Source: a virus
Lineage: Duplodnaviria > Caudoviricetes
Virus record (IMG/VR): IMGVR_UViG_3300044213_000047
Coordinates: 1-52,837 of that record
Direction: 5' to 3' (one strand)
DNA length: 52,837 bases
The notes under the pieces were generated by a model that was not told the origin of the DNA, did not search any database, and saw only the letters and a program-made list of their open reading frames with translations. A program made the translations under genes and the position numbers. Shown piece after piece: positions 9,291 to 18,380 of the stretch (the first letter of the stretch is position 1; the number at the start of each line of letters is the position of its first letter).

Positions 9291-10729
9291 TTTTCAGAGT
9301 AGAATGTAACAAACCCATAACGAGAGTTAATTATTTGGATGTTGGTAAATCCGACTTCCTTTAATGTATCTAGGTACCAATCAATTGGTAGCAGATTCAT
9401 ATAACCCTTTAACTTTTCTTCCTTCTCATATATGTATTCATCACTTATACCATTGGCTCTTTTAAAATCATAGTATAATTTTTTAACCGCATCACTCTGT
9501 GGAGTTTTATCAGTCAGAATGAAAGTTCCATTCAATGATAACGAAGTATATACATCTTGAATGTATTGTTTGCGTTCATTGACAAAGTGTAGCGTCCAGT
9601 TAGCCATCACAAAATTGGTGTTCCAATCAACAGGGAATGTTTCTGATAATGTGACGCAACTCGAGAACGCAGAATTCTCAATCATTGCTTTGCTTGATTC
9701 AATACCAGAAACATTTATGAACCCAGCATCAGTAAATTTCTCAATTGTATGACCAAGTGCTGATCCAACATCAACGATATGACAATGTGGGTCGCATCGT
9801 TCTTTTGCTATGTCAATACACAGATCAATAACACGTTCATAGTCAGGAATATTGGTAGCTGCTTCTTGTTGGAAACGCTTCGCTACTTCAGCATCAAACT
9901 TCCACCTAACTGCTTTTTGTATATTAACATTTGAATCATATTTGATATTTGGACGCTTTCCTTCTTGTAAATTATTTCGAATCTTATACTGCAGACTGTT
10001 CTTTTTAGTATTACGTTTTTTATATCTGGCCATGTATCTCTGTGGCAATCCAAAGATGGATGTGAGAGATGACGACATATTATCATTAAAGGAATCATGT
10101 CCACCAATGATTTCTTTCGGATATAATCTATCTCCATACAACTCGAAATTAAATTCGTGCATAACTGCTCTAAGAGCATCATATCCAATAAGACTCGTCC
10201 AACCTTCATATGGAAGTCCATCTCTATTACTAACCATATTGACCAATTTGAATTTGATTGCTGGGCATTCTTCTTCATCAACTTTCTGAGATTCAATAAC
10301 GATATATTCTGACGAAACGTCAGACATTAATTGAACAAGACCGATAGGATTCATATATCCGTGAATAACACCAGCAGCAACAATTATGTCATATTTCATA
10401 GTTGTTGTTTTTAAGAAATTTTCAACATCTGATTGTACGATTGTGAATTTGCTGTTATCCCAATATTTTCCAAGAAGAGTTTTTGATTTCTCGCAGAATT
10501 GCGTTTGAATATCAACACCAGTGTAGTGAGATGCTCCATTCGATAATGCCCAATGACCGAACGCACCCATGCAATGACCAAGATCTAATATGGTTTTACC
10601 TTCAATAAACCATTTCGGTAAAAGAACTTCGCATCGTTTAGATAACGATTCAGAAGAAATAGTGGTTGTTGGTCTATTCTTTCGAACATCGCTTTCAATA
10701 AACTCAGGATATGAATCGAAAAACATCAT
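9287..10729 (-). CDS. tandem class I SAM-dependent transferase: N-terminal CmoB-like plus C-terminal CmoA-like domain
   Basis: Two SAM-binding motifs (ILDLGHCMG, IVDVGSALG); C-half WKFD..VA..F, NWTLHF, DFKRANG matches CmoA. Confidence 0.7.
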   Translation of the reverse strand: MMFFDSYPEFIESDVRKNRPTTTISSESLSKRCEVLLPKWFIEGKTILDLGHCMGAFGHWALSNGASHYTGVDIQTQFCEKSKTLLGKYWDNSKFTIVQSDVENFLKTTTMKYDIIVAAGVIHGYMNPIGLVQLMSDVSSEYIVIESQKVDEEECPAIKFKLVNMVSNRDGLPYEGWTSLIGYDALRAVMHEFNFELYGDRLYPKEIIGGHDSFNDNMSSSLTSIFGLPQRYMARYKKRNTKKNSLQYKIRNNLQEGKRPNIKYDSNVNIQKAVRWKFDAEVAKRFQQEAATNIPDYERVIDLCIDIAKERCDPHCHIVDVGSALGHTIEKFTDAGFINVSGIESSKAMIENSAFSSCVTLSETFPVDWNTNFVMANWTLHFVNERKQYIQDVYTSLSLNGTFILTDKTPQSDAVKKLYYDFKRANGISDEYIYEKEEKLKGYMNLLPIDWYLDTLKEVGFTNIQIINSRYGFVTFYSEK

Positions 10730-11412
10730 ACTTCTATACTTCCCATTTTATACACAGATTCTTCGTTTTTTTCTAATTCTTTTATAAAATCACTAAACTT
10801 AAAATGTATATTTGAAATTACCGCTAAACGATAGTCGTATCTCGCATTATCATAATCAGTTGGTTCAACGAAGTGAATTAAATATCCTGGATGTATAACC
10901 ATTAATCCACGTTCAACAGCGACACGTTTGAATGGAGTAAACTGATTGTGCCACAAACATCCACCACGTGGGTCAATCAACATAAGATTGCCAGCATTTC
11001 TTTTTGGAACGTTTATATAAAGAATACCAACTCCAAGTGTTTGAGCATGTTTGTGTGGAGATATTCTATAAACACTGTCTTGTTTGATCTCACGAAAATA
11101 TCCCTTGGAACCAAACAATGGTGGAAGTGGCATCTCAGAAAGTGGTCTATAATACTTGTCTGTTAACTCTACCATTTTCTTTTCTACTTGACGCATTGTA
11201 TCTGGTAAATCTGGAAGATCCCAAAGATTAGTTTTATTTAATGTTCCAGGTGCTCCTGGTTTTAACAAATATTGTACGTCTGCTTCTAATTTATCAAGGA
11301 ATGCGTCATCAAATGGTTTTGCAGTAATTACTGGAGTCGACCACAATTCATGACATTGCTCATTATTAGAAGTTTCGAGATACGTAATAGTTTTCTTTTC
11401 CATCATTTCCAT
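10726..11412 (-). CDS. putative 2OG-Fe(II) oxygenase
   Basis: PHKH, GNLMLIDPRGG, HPGYLIHFV, RLAVISN. Confidence 0.7.
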   Translation of the reverse strand: MEMMEKKTITYLETSNNEQCHELWSTPVITAKPFDDAFLDKLEADVQYLLKPGAPGTLNKTNLWDLPDLPDTMRQVEKKMVELTDKYYRPLSEMPLPPLFGSKGYFREIKQDSVYRISPHKHAQTLGVGILYINVPKRNAGNLMLIDPRGGCLWHNQFTPFKRVAVERGLMVIHPGYLIHFVEPTDYDNARYDYRLAVISNIHFKFSDFIKELEKNEESVYKMGSIEV

Positions 11413-11473
11413 AATTAATCCTTTAATCTGATTCTAAAAACCAATGAATGTCTATATTTGAATTGTTTATCCA

Positions 11474-12094
11474 TTACATCAACTCCTTAAAATTATCAAT
11501 ACAGTTTTCATAAGAACCGTAGGCTCTAGTCATATCTATAAGCATACCAATTCTGGTTTTATTTACATTATTAACACTATGTATATGGTTGTGATTAAAC
11601 GCATGCCAGTCACCACGCGACATAGTAAATGTGTATTTCTTTGATACATCAGATGGAGACCATACAGTTCCATAGATTGGATCTGCGTCAGAAGTATAAA
11701 AACTTGTAGCTGCTGTATCATCACTCAACATATAATAGAAAGAACACATGCGTGTACCGTCATTATGAATGAATGTGTGCTTGGTGTTTATAACCTGCAC
11801 AACGAAGTCGGTTTCTTCTGGGAATTTTACTGGGAGTTCTGATCTGATTCGATCACTGATGTTTCTGGGTAAACGCATACCACGATGTTGTGGCAGATAA
11901 TGAAACCCATAAAGGTTTTTGAGTGCGTTTAACTCATTAAGAACTTTAGTGTCATTATTCGCAATCGCATTCTGTTCAATCTCACCGATTGTGTTTTTAC
12001 TTACGTGTTCTGATACAGTTGATGAAATTTTTAATATCTCATTCTCAAGATCACCAGATAATCTGGGCAAATTCAATTTTATCAGAGGATTCAT
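11474..12094 (-). CDS. cupin/2OG-Fe(II) oxygenase-like protein
   Basis: IHND...HIHSV...R facial-triad pattern. Confidence 0.55.
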   Translation of the reverse strand: MNPLIKLNLPRLSGDLENEILKISSTVSEHVSKNTIGEIEQNAIANNDTKVLNELNALKNLYGFHYLPQHRGMRLPRNISDRIRSELPVKFPEETDFVVQVINTKHTFIHNDGTRMCSFYYMLSDDTAATSFYTSDADPIYGTVWSPSDVSKKYTFTMSRGDWHAFNHNHIHSVNNVNKTRIGMLIDMTRAYGSYENCIDNFKELM

Positions 12095-12110
12095 TGTAAA
12101 AAATTTATTA

Positions 12111-12608
12111 TCAATAATTTTCTATATTCAGTGTTTGTAAAAAATTACACACATCATCAAATGGCGCATTAATACTTAGGCTAAAGATAATACGTTCTTC
12201 GTCAGTATTATTAATGACGCAGTGTTCTTTAGTTACGTCCAGAAGTGTTGGTTTATATAATGTATATTCAACAGCTTCGATTTTATATTGAAGGGATTTC
12301 TGCCCATCTTCTCCAGGAATGTGCTCTCAATATAATGTTATGCCATCTGTGTTTTTCAACAACCAATTCAAAGAGCATTGACGATTGATATAAATGTGCC
12401 AGTCATATATCGTCATTTGTGTGTTTTTCATGTACAATCCACCACAATTTCCAAAGGTGGTTTTCAATAATTTGACGAAACTGGTGTTGTTAAATGAAGA
12501 TACAGCTTTTAACTGGTTTGGTTTATAACCAATCTCATATTTGGCATTTATCGCTTCTTCAATACAATTTTTTGGAAATTGTGGTAAATTATATAAAGGT
12601 TTATACAT
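12111..12608 (-). pseudogene. 2OG-oxygenase-like gene interrupted by in-frame TGA at 12327-12329
   Basis: Frame continues 71 codons after the TGA (PTLLDVTKEHCV...RIIFSLS) to TGA at 12111. Confidence 0.65.
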
Positions 12609-12625
12609 TACAAAAACATAACATA

Positions 12626-12895
12626 TTAAATAGTAATTGGCGCAGCTTCTGGTGAACCTTGAGCTAATGGTTTAGCATCTACTGCTGCAGCAGGTACTGT
12701 TGGAGCAGTACCCTTAGTGAAAACTTGGGTGCCAGTTGGATCTTTAATCTCAACGAAAGGTGCAGATGATTTGTTAGCAATAACTTCTGCTGCAGCTAAA
12801 GTTGAAGCGAAAGAACTTACCAATGATATATTAGAAGTACCATCTACTGGAATGATTTTATGTTCAATAATAGTGAATTTATCTGTGGTTGCCAT
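12626..12895 (-). CDS. small Ala/Thr/Pro-rich protein, probably late
   Basis: AGGAG SD; CTAAATA at 12940-12946. Confidence 0.65.
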   Translation of the reverse strand: MATTDKFTIIEHKIIPVDGTSNISLVSSFASTLAAAEVIANKSSAPFVEIKDPTGTQVFTKGTAPTVPAAAVDAKPLAQGSPEAAPITI

Positions 12896-12993
12896 TTATA
12901 TTCTCCTAAAAAGGCTAGTTGTTTTAATGTCTAGACGAATATTTAGTCAAGGAAAAAAGACCCACCGAAATTCTGGGGAAATTTTTAATTTTT

Positions 12994-13473
12994 TTATGCA
13001 GCTAAATGCATGTAAGATTTGTATCTGTCAGCAGCATATGAAGCAGCGAATGCTTTTGGTTTAACCATAGGCACCACGTTACACATACCACGAATGTAGC
13101 CAGTAGCTTCGTTGATTACACAGCTTGATCCGTGCATTTCATTTGGGTTAATGTCCAAGTGAACTTCAACATCTCTATCTTCTAACACATCGTGTAGCTT
13201 CAAGTACAATTCAGCAATCTTATAAACTTCATTCATAAGACGCATACGTGGCTTGTCTTTCTTCTGATCCCAGTCACGTTCTCTCTGCACTTCACCGAAA
13301 ATTTTACAACCATTGTTGCCGTTGATATGAACAACAACAACTAAAATGTAATCTGCGTACCATTGACCATTCATTAGGAATCGTTCAGAGTCACCACCGA
13401 TATAAATCTTAGAATCAGGACTCTGTGCCATGATGAATTCTTTTACTTCATCAATATTGATTTGCTTCCGCAT
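12994..13473 (-). CDS. RNase H-like YkuK (DUF458) protein
   Basis: IYIGGDS, RLMNEV, EVHLDIN, AASYAAD. Confidence 0.8.
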   Translation of the reverse strand: MRKQINIDEVKEFIMAQSPDSKIYIGGDSERFLMNGQWYADYILVVVVHINGNNGCKIFGEVQRERDWDQKKDKPRMRLMNEVYKIAELYLKLHDVLEDRDVEVHLDINPNEMHGSSCVINEATGYIRGMCNVVPMVKPKAFAASYAADRYKSYMHLAA

Positions 13474-13495
13474 TTTACACTCCTTAATTAAAAAT

Positions 13496-14980
13496 TTACA
13501 GTCCTTTCAAATCACTAACGTATTTTTCAATGAACTGCTTTCGTTTTGATGTTAAATTATCAACAGCAGCTGAGACCACCAAGAATTTATTTTTTTCTTC
13601 GTGTAAGTCAAACCCATAATTACCTTTTTCTATCAATTCCCAACAACTTGGTTTTTGATATTTACTGGCAGAAGAAGTTAAATACTTTCCAAGATCTTCC
13701 GCAATATGTTCATCCATATATTCTGTTTTCCAAATAGATTTTCCATACTTCAAAATCCATGTAAAACCATACTTTTCGTGTTCGCGATCAAATTCGCTAA
13801 CCCATGGTCCCTTTATATCTCGTTGCAGCGATAAAGCATGCCATTTCCAGTTATGCATTTGATTATCAATAAACCATCTGTTACTACCAATAACATCTTG
13901 TTTAGTTTCAGGTGGTAGTCCAATAATCATACTGGATCTAAATGTTACATCGTCTTTCCAGATTTCATTTCTTAATCTCAAAAGATAAGTTTTTCCATGC
14001 TTGCCGCTCCATCCTTTACTAATCACCTTTGATCCTTCTTCAGAAAAAGATTCTATTCCAAGATAACCAGCAATCAATCCCATTTCCTTCAACTTCTCAG
14101 CCTGCCCATCATACGTATATAATAGGTCTGGTCTTAAATATGCTCCGAAATTAATCTTAAATGGTAGTTTAGTTAATCTCTTATGTAACTCGTTAATCTT
14201 TTCATTATTATCGTTAAATGTATCCTCTAACATATAATAATTTGTTGTTCCATACATATCATAATTATAAACAATCTCATCGATGATTGAATCATAATCT
14301 TTTGAAAAATCGTTTTTAGTTTTACCAATATATGGAAACCTACAGAATTTACATTTAAAAATGCATCCTCTACTAATTTCCAATGGAAGTGATTCTTTGG
14401 TTTGAATGCAATCATTCTTATGCCACCTAAAAGAACACTTTGAAATTTGAAACTTTCCACTATCGCCAAGAATAGAATCAGCGAAAGTTTCACGAACAAT
14501 TCTATTACCATTAAATATTTCAAATGGTAACATTTTACCACCACGATAAATGTGATTACAATATGCTAAAATTGTGTCTTCAGCATGGCCATAAAAATAG
14601 TAATCAAATGCTGTTCTATTTTTATAACGATGACTAAACTCGTGTACTGAAGGACCACCCATAATTACATTTAAATTTGGGTATTTCTGTTTTATCTTTG
14701 GAAGGATTTCTTCACAAAACTTAACGGTCCACCAACCAGATGTTCCATAATTGATCATCTGACCCCAAGCAAGAATTTTAGTTTCTTGCGTTATAAATTT
14801 GTCGAGAAGATCGAACAATGTTTGTGAATCTAATTCGTGCACCCAATCAATTACTTGCACAGAATATTCGTGTTGTCTGAGATACCAAGCCAGTTGATAT
14901 GGTCCAAAAATTCTATACAGTTGTTTATTATCAGATACAACACCTGTTAATACAACAATATCCATTATTCGTGTCTCCAA
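13496..14980 (-). CDS. B12-binding radical SAM protein
   Basis: SRGCIFKCKFC (CxxxCxxC), MGGP in N-terminal cobalamin domain, GIES. Confidence 0.85.
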   Translation of the reverse strand: METRIMDIVVLTGVVSDNKQLYRIFGPYQLAWYLRQHEYSVQVIDWVHELDSQTLFDLLDKFITQETKILAWGQMINYGTSGWWTVKFCEEILPKIKQKYPNLNVIMGGPSVHEFSHRYKNRTAFDYYFYGHAEDTILAYCNHIYRGGKMLPFEIFNGNRIVRETFADSILGDSGKFQISKCSFRWHKNDCIQTKESLPLEISRGCIFKCKFCRFPYIGKTKNDFSKDYDSIIDEIVYNYDMYGTTNYYMLEDTFNDNNEKINELHKRLTKLPFKINFGAYLRPDLLYTYDGQAEKLKEMGLIAGYLGIESFSEEGSKVISKGWSGKHGKTYLLRLRNEIWKDDVTFRSSMIIGLPPETKQDVIGSNRWFIDNQMHNWKWHALSLQRDIKGPWVSEFDREHEKYGFTWILKYGKSIWKTEYMDEHIAEDLGKYLTSSASKYQKPSCWELIEKGNYGFDLHEEKNKFLVVSAAVDNLTSKRKQFIEKYVSDLKGL

Positions 14981-15759
14981 TAATCTTTCTGCGTAGTAAT
15001 ATCCTCTAAGACAGCATCCCAGAACTCAATTCTAGCGTCAATCGCCTCAAGTGCTGCCTGTTCTGCTTCGTGGATTTTTACTGGATCATGTTCACATAAA
15101 GTCTCAACCAAATAGATTGAAGCTGGTCCATGTTCGTCACCATCTAATTCAATGTGTCTTTGTAGATAGTAATGAAATTTTGGACAATCATGGTTAACCA
15201 AGTTTAACGTATTAGCTATATTTGTGAACATAGTTGGAATAGATGTCTCTCGTCCAAAACAAAACGCTGCAGCAACCACATGTGGTTTACCTGTTTCGAT
15301 AAACTTAAATGTTTTTTCCATAAACCTTCTACTTGGATATGGAACACTGGCATTTTCAAGAGCATAACGAAACCCATTATTCGTTACAGTTTGAATGAAA
15401 CTCTCAAATTCTCTGCCATCCGCCCCAATTTCCAACATTGCTTGAGCGTATAGATCATGGTGTGAAATTGTACCAATACCATCAATATCAATATCACTTT
15501 CTTCTCCAGTCACAATATCATTAATCGTCCTTGCTAATCCCGAACGAATCCATTTATTTGGAACCCAACAAGTTGTACTTGGGCAGATTTCATGCTGAAG
15601 GGTTTTTAACAGCGACATGAAATCCCAGACAGCATAAACATGTCTTTCCATAAACATCTGAAGTGAAGTTATGTCACAGAGAATCTTATCATTGTTTAAA
15701 AGTGGATGATTATACAAAACCCTTCTTCTTTCTTCAATTTTCCTTAATGGTAATTTCAT
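14965..15759 (-). CDS. DUF3050 heme-oxygenase-like diiron protein
   Basis: HVYAVWDFMSLLK, EESD, FGRE, YYLQRHIELDGDEHGP. Confidence 0.85.
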   Translation of the reverse strand: MKLPLRKIEERRRVLYNHPLLNNDKILCDITSLQMFMERHVYAVWDFMSLLKTLQHEICPSTTCWVPNKWIRSGLARTINDIVTGEESDIDIDGIGTISHHDLYAQAMLEIGADGREFESFIQTVTNNGFRYALENASVPYPSRRFMEKTFKFIETGKPHVVAAAFCFGRETSIPTMFTNIANTLNLVNHDCPKFHYYLQRHIELDGDEHGPASIYLVETLCEHDPVKIHEAEQAALEAIDARIEFWDAVLEDITTQKDYWRHE

Positions 15760-15772
15760 ATAATCCTTATTT

Positions 15773-15846
15773 TGGAGCGGATAGGGGAAATCGAATCCCA
15801 CTCTGCGCAGCTTGGAAGGCTGGCGACGCACCTCACGCTTACCCGC
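15773..15846 (-). tRNA. tRNA-Gly(TCC)
   Basis: Loop CTTCCAA, CCA end. Confidence 0.85.
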
Positions 15847-15859
15847 ATATTTGAACGAA

Positions 15860-15935
15860 TGGCTACCGTGGAGAGATTCGAACTCCCAGCCTTGTGTTTT
15901 GGAGACACCTGCGCTGCCAATTGCGCCACACGGTA
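15860..15935 (-). tRNA. tRNA-Trp(CCA)
   Basis: Loop CTCCAAA, full cloverleaf. Confidence 0.9.
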
Positions 15936-15966
15936 ATAATTTTATTATTTTTCACTGAGATATATT

Positions 15967-16040
15967 TGGTGCCCATTTACGGATTTGAACTCCCACCAAG
16001 GGTTTTGGAGACCCGTATGCTGCCATTACACTATCGAGAT
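15967..16040 (-). pseudogene. chimeric tRNA-Trp(CCA) pseudogene
   Basis: D and anticodon arms intact; T stem and acceptor stem do not pair. Confidence 0.65.
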
Positions 16041-16096
16041 ATTATTTCATTCAATACCCAACGCTTCAGCCAGTTGCAAACTTCTACAAAGGCAAA

Positions 16097-16306
16097 TTAT
16101 GCATAAGAGTCTTGAGGTACTGGACCAATGCTATCTGCTAATTGACCTTCAGCGTCATAAACCTTAATATGCTTACCCTGTTGGTTATGTAGGTTACGAC
16201 CGAATTCTAGTGCTTTTTCGAGCGAAGAAAGGAAGAAGTGAGTAACTTTCAACTCACCATTTTCCCAGAAGTGCATTGTTACTTTATGAGATTTAGGTAA
16301 TGACAT
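16097..16306 (-). CDS. hypothetical protein
   Basis: AGGAG SD, coupled to upstream gene. Confidence 0.6.
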   Translation of the reverse strand: MSLPKSHKVTMHFWENGELKVTHFFLSSLEKALEFGRNLHNQQGKHIKVYDAEGQLADSIGPVPQDSYA

Positions 16307-17359
16307 TTAATTCTCCTTGAATTGTTTAAACCAAATTCGTTTGGTCTTGTTTGTATAGTTCTTTAACGACAACTGATTTGTCTTCACATTCAGCTGAGGG
16401 AATCTATATGCAAACCTCAATCCCTCGATAATATCTTGTCCGTTGGTTGGGTCTCTAAGACCTAGTGTTTGCCATGGTATCTCTTTGCTACCAATGAGCG
16501 GAACACCCTGACTGATTACATCAGCACCAACGATGTTAAATGTTTCTGAGAAGTTACACTGTAACGCCAGATCCATTTGCCCACATAACTCCAAGAATTG
16601 TTCTCTTGGTGTCCATGTATGATTGATAAGAGTATGACCCTTATCGTGAAAATGCTGGAACAAACCTTTCAAGTTGCTAACGGCAGGTTGTCCCTGCATT
16701 TCAATTCGACCAGCATTAACGTGGAATCTGAGTTTCTTACCGATGTTGTCGGCAAACTCTACAGCTGCCAATGCTTGTACTAGGTGATTCTTCAGAGGTC
16801 TAACAGCACCGAAACACCCAATATCTATATTGTCCTTGTCTTTTTCGAGTTTCTTGCTCTTATACTCTTGCGGGTAATAGTTGGGTAAGTAGATAACCTT
16901 TTCGTTGGCTGTCTTGTCATCCCAATCGTTAAGATGTTGAAGAAAGAACTTCATTTCCCTTAACATGCGAGGAGCATTAACGCCAATGATTATATTCTTA
17001 AACTTTGAATACTCGCCGATCCAATCCATAGCCATACCTTCACCAGCCATAAATGGCATCTCTGAATGAAGACGAATAATCCACTTCACATTCGGGTGAA
17101 GTTTCTGTAGGATTAAAAACTTTTGAGGAACAACCCATAATGCTTCAACAATGACATGGGTTGGTTTGAAATTAGTAACTTCTCTGTCAATAGCATTGTT
17201 ATCTGGAACGACAACTAACTTTGATTCGATACCCATATCGTTGAGCATAACATACATGAAGTTTGCTGAGTTATACAGACCTGTGCTTAGACCGATGTGG
17301 TTATCACGATCAATGTTATAATCTTCTTTTCGTTTTAATATAAACAGTACACGAGACAT
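16307..17359 (-). CDS. GT-B fold glycosyltransferase
   Basis: GAVRPLKN and SETFNIVGADVISQGVP (E-x7-E/D-like). Confidence 0.7.
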   Translation of the reverse strand: MSRVLFILKRKEDYNIDRDNHIGLSTGLYNSANFMYVMLNDMGIESKLVVVPDNNAIDREVTNFKPTHVIVEALWVVPQKFLILQKLHPNVKWIIRLHSEMPFMAGEGMAMDWIGEYSKFKNIIIGVNAPRMLREMKFFLQHLNDWDDKTANEKVIYLPNYYPQEYKSKKLEKDKDNIDIGCFGAVRPLKNHLVQALAAVEFADNIGKKLRFHVNAGRIEMQGQPAVSNLKGLFQHFHDKGHTLINHTWTPREQFLELCGQMDLALQCNFSETFNIVGADVISQGVPLIGSKEIPWQTLGLRDPTNGQDIIEGLRFAYRFPQLNVKTNQLSLKNYTNKTKRIWFKQFKEN

Positions 17360-17395
17360 GTCGAATCAAAAAATGGTAAAGGAATTGTTATCTTG

Positions 17396-17403
17396 TATTT
17401 ATA
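17396..17403 (-). promoter_or_regulatory. T4-type late promoter
   Basis: TATAAATA upstream of glycosyltransferase. Confidence 0.65.
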
Positions 17404-17428
17404 ACACCCCTGTATTTCCATTTTATTT

Positions 17429-17504
17429 TGGTGCCCACAACATGATTCGAACACGTGACCTACTGATTACTAATCAGTTGCTCTACCAACTGAGCTATGT
17501 GGGC
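17429..17504 (-). tRNA. tRNA-Thr(AGT)
   Basis: ACTGA-TTAGTAA-TCAGT anticodon arm. Confidence 0.85.
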
Positions 17505-17510
17505 GATAAC

Positions 17511-17774
17511 TTAATTTTCTAAAACTGCGACGATATCTTCTTGTTTAATAATAACACGTTGAGCATCACCAACTTTAACAACTTGTGCTTTATTCCACAT
17601 CAAATATACTACGTCGCCTACTTTAACATCAGTAACTTCTGGTCCGATTGCTAATACTGTTCCAGATTTTGATTCACCAGTTCCCTGAGAATCAAGAATA
17701 ATACCAGAAGATGTTGTTTCTTCACGTTTATTTTCAGCAATCAAAACTTTGTCATGCAAGGGTTGAATGTTCAT
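17511..17774 (-). CDS. groES: co-chaperonin GroES
   Basis: IQPLHDKVLI, TSSGIIL, GTVLAIGP, VKVGD. Confidence 0.9.
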   Translation of the reverse strand: MNIQPLHDKVLIAENKREETTSSGIILDSQGTGESKSGTVLAIGPEVTDVKVGDVVYLMWNKAQVVKVGDAQRVIIKQEDIVAVLEN

Positions 17775-17799
17775 ATTATCTTTCACTGTGTTAAAAAAT

Positions 17800-17874
17800 T
17801 GGTGGTGAAGGTTGGATTCGAGCCAACGACCTTTTCCGTATGAAGGAACTGCACTACCGCTGTGCTACATCACC
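17800..17874 (-). tRNA. tRNA(CAT), elongator Met or Ile2
   Basis: Loop TTCATAC. Confidence 0.8.
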
Positions 17875-18076
17875 ATTGTTGAAAGTACTGTCATCTGTTT
17901 AAGGAAATATAGTCTTGAATATAGCGTTCAAGCATTCATTCCCCTCTACCTTGGCAGATCTGCTCTTCGGTCCTCGTACCACCACAGTACATCGAGGGAC
18001 TCGGTAAAGGTCGGTATCACCCTGACAGTCAGGCTGCTGGTTAGGCAACTTCGCTCTCAGACTTTCAACAATGGTG
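17871..18076 (-). ncRNA. unidentified ~200-nt structured RNA
   Basis: 16-bp perfect terminal inverted repeat CACCATTGTTGAAAGT; internal hairpins; no credible ORF. Confidence 0.55.
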
Positions 18077-18157
18077 CGTCTGGTCAGACTCGAACTGACA
18101 CGCTTTTAGGGCACGAGCTTCTAAGACTCGCATGGCTACCAATTACATCACAGACGC
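18072..18157 (-). tRNA. tRNA-Leu(TAG)
   Basis: Loop CTTAGAA, long variable arm. Confidence 0.9.
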
Positions 18158-18300
18158 ATGGTGTATAATTTTACAACTCTCACATCGTAAAACCTAACGA
18201 CTCCACCTGCCGAATTACCGTAACGTGGCATTAACACGAACTTCATTGACGGAAGTTAATCGGATAGATGCTTTTTGCTCATGCCTATCATACGAGGAGA

Positions 18301-18375
18301 TGGTAGCGGGAGGTGGTAACGCTCCACCCTCGACATGGCTTATGAGACCATTCGGGTCGACTTGACCTTCCCGCA
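18301..18375 (-). tRNA. tRNA-Met(CAT), initiator-like
   Basis: Loop CTCATAA, 1:72 mismatch, atypical T loop. Confidence 0.7.
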
Positions 18376-18380
18376 ACAGC

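Noticed and set aside
15760-15831. N-terminal extension of the DUF3050 ORF
   Set aside because: Overlaps tRNA-Gly; AAGGA SD supports the start at 15759.
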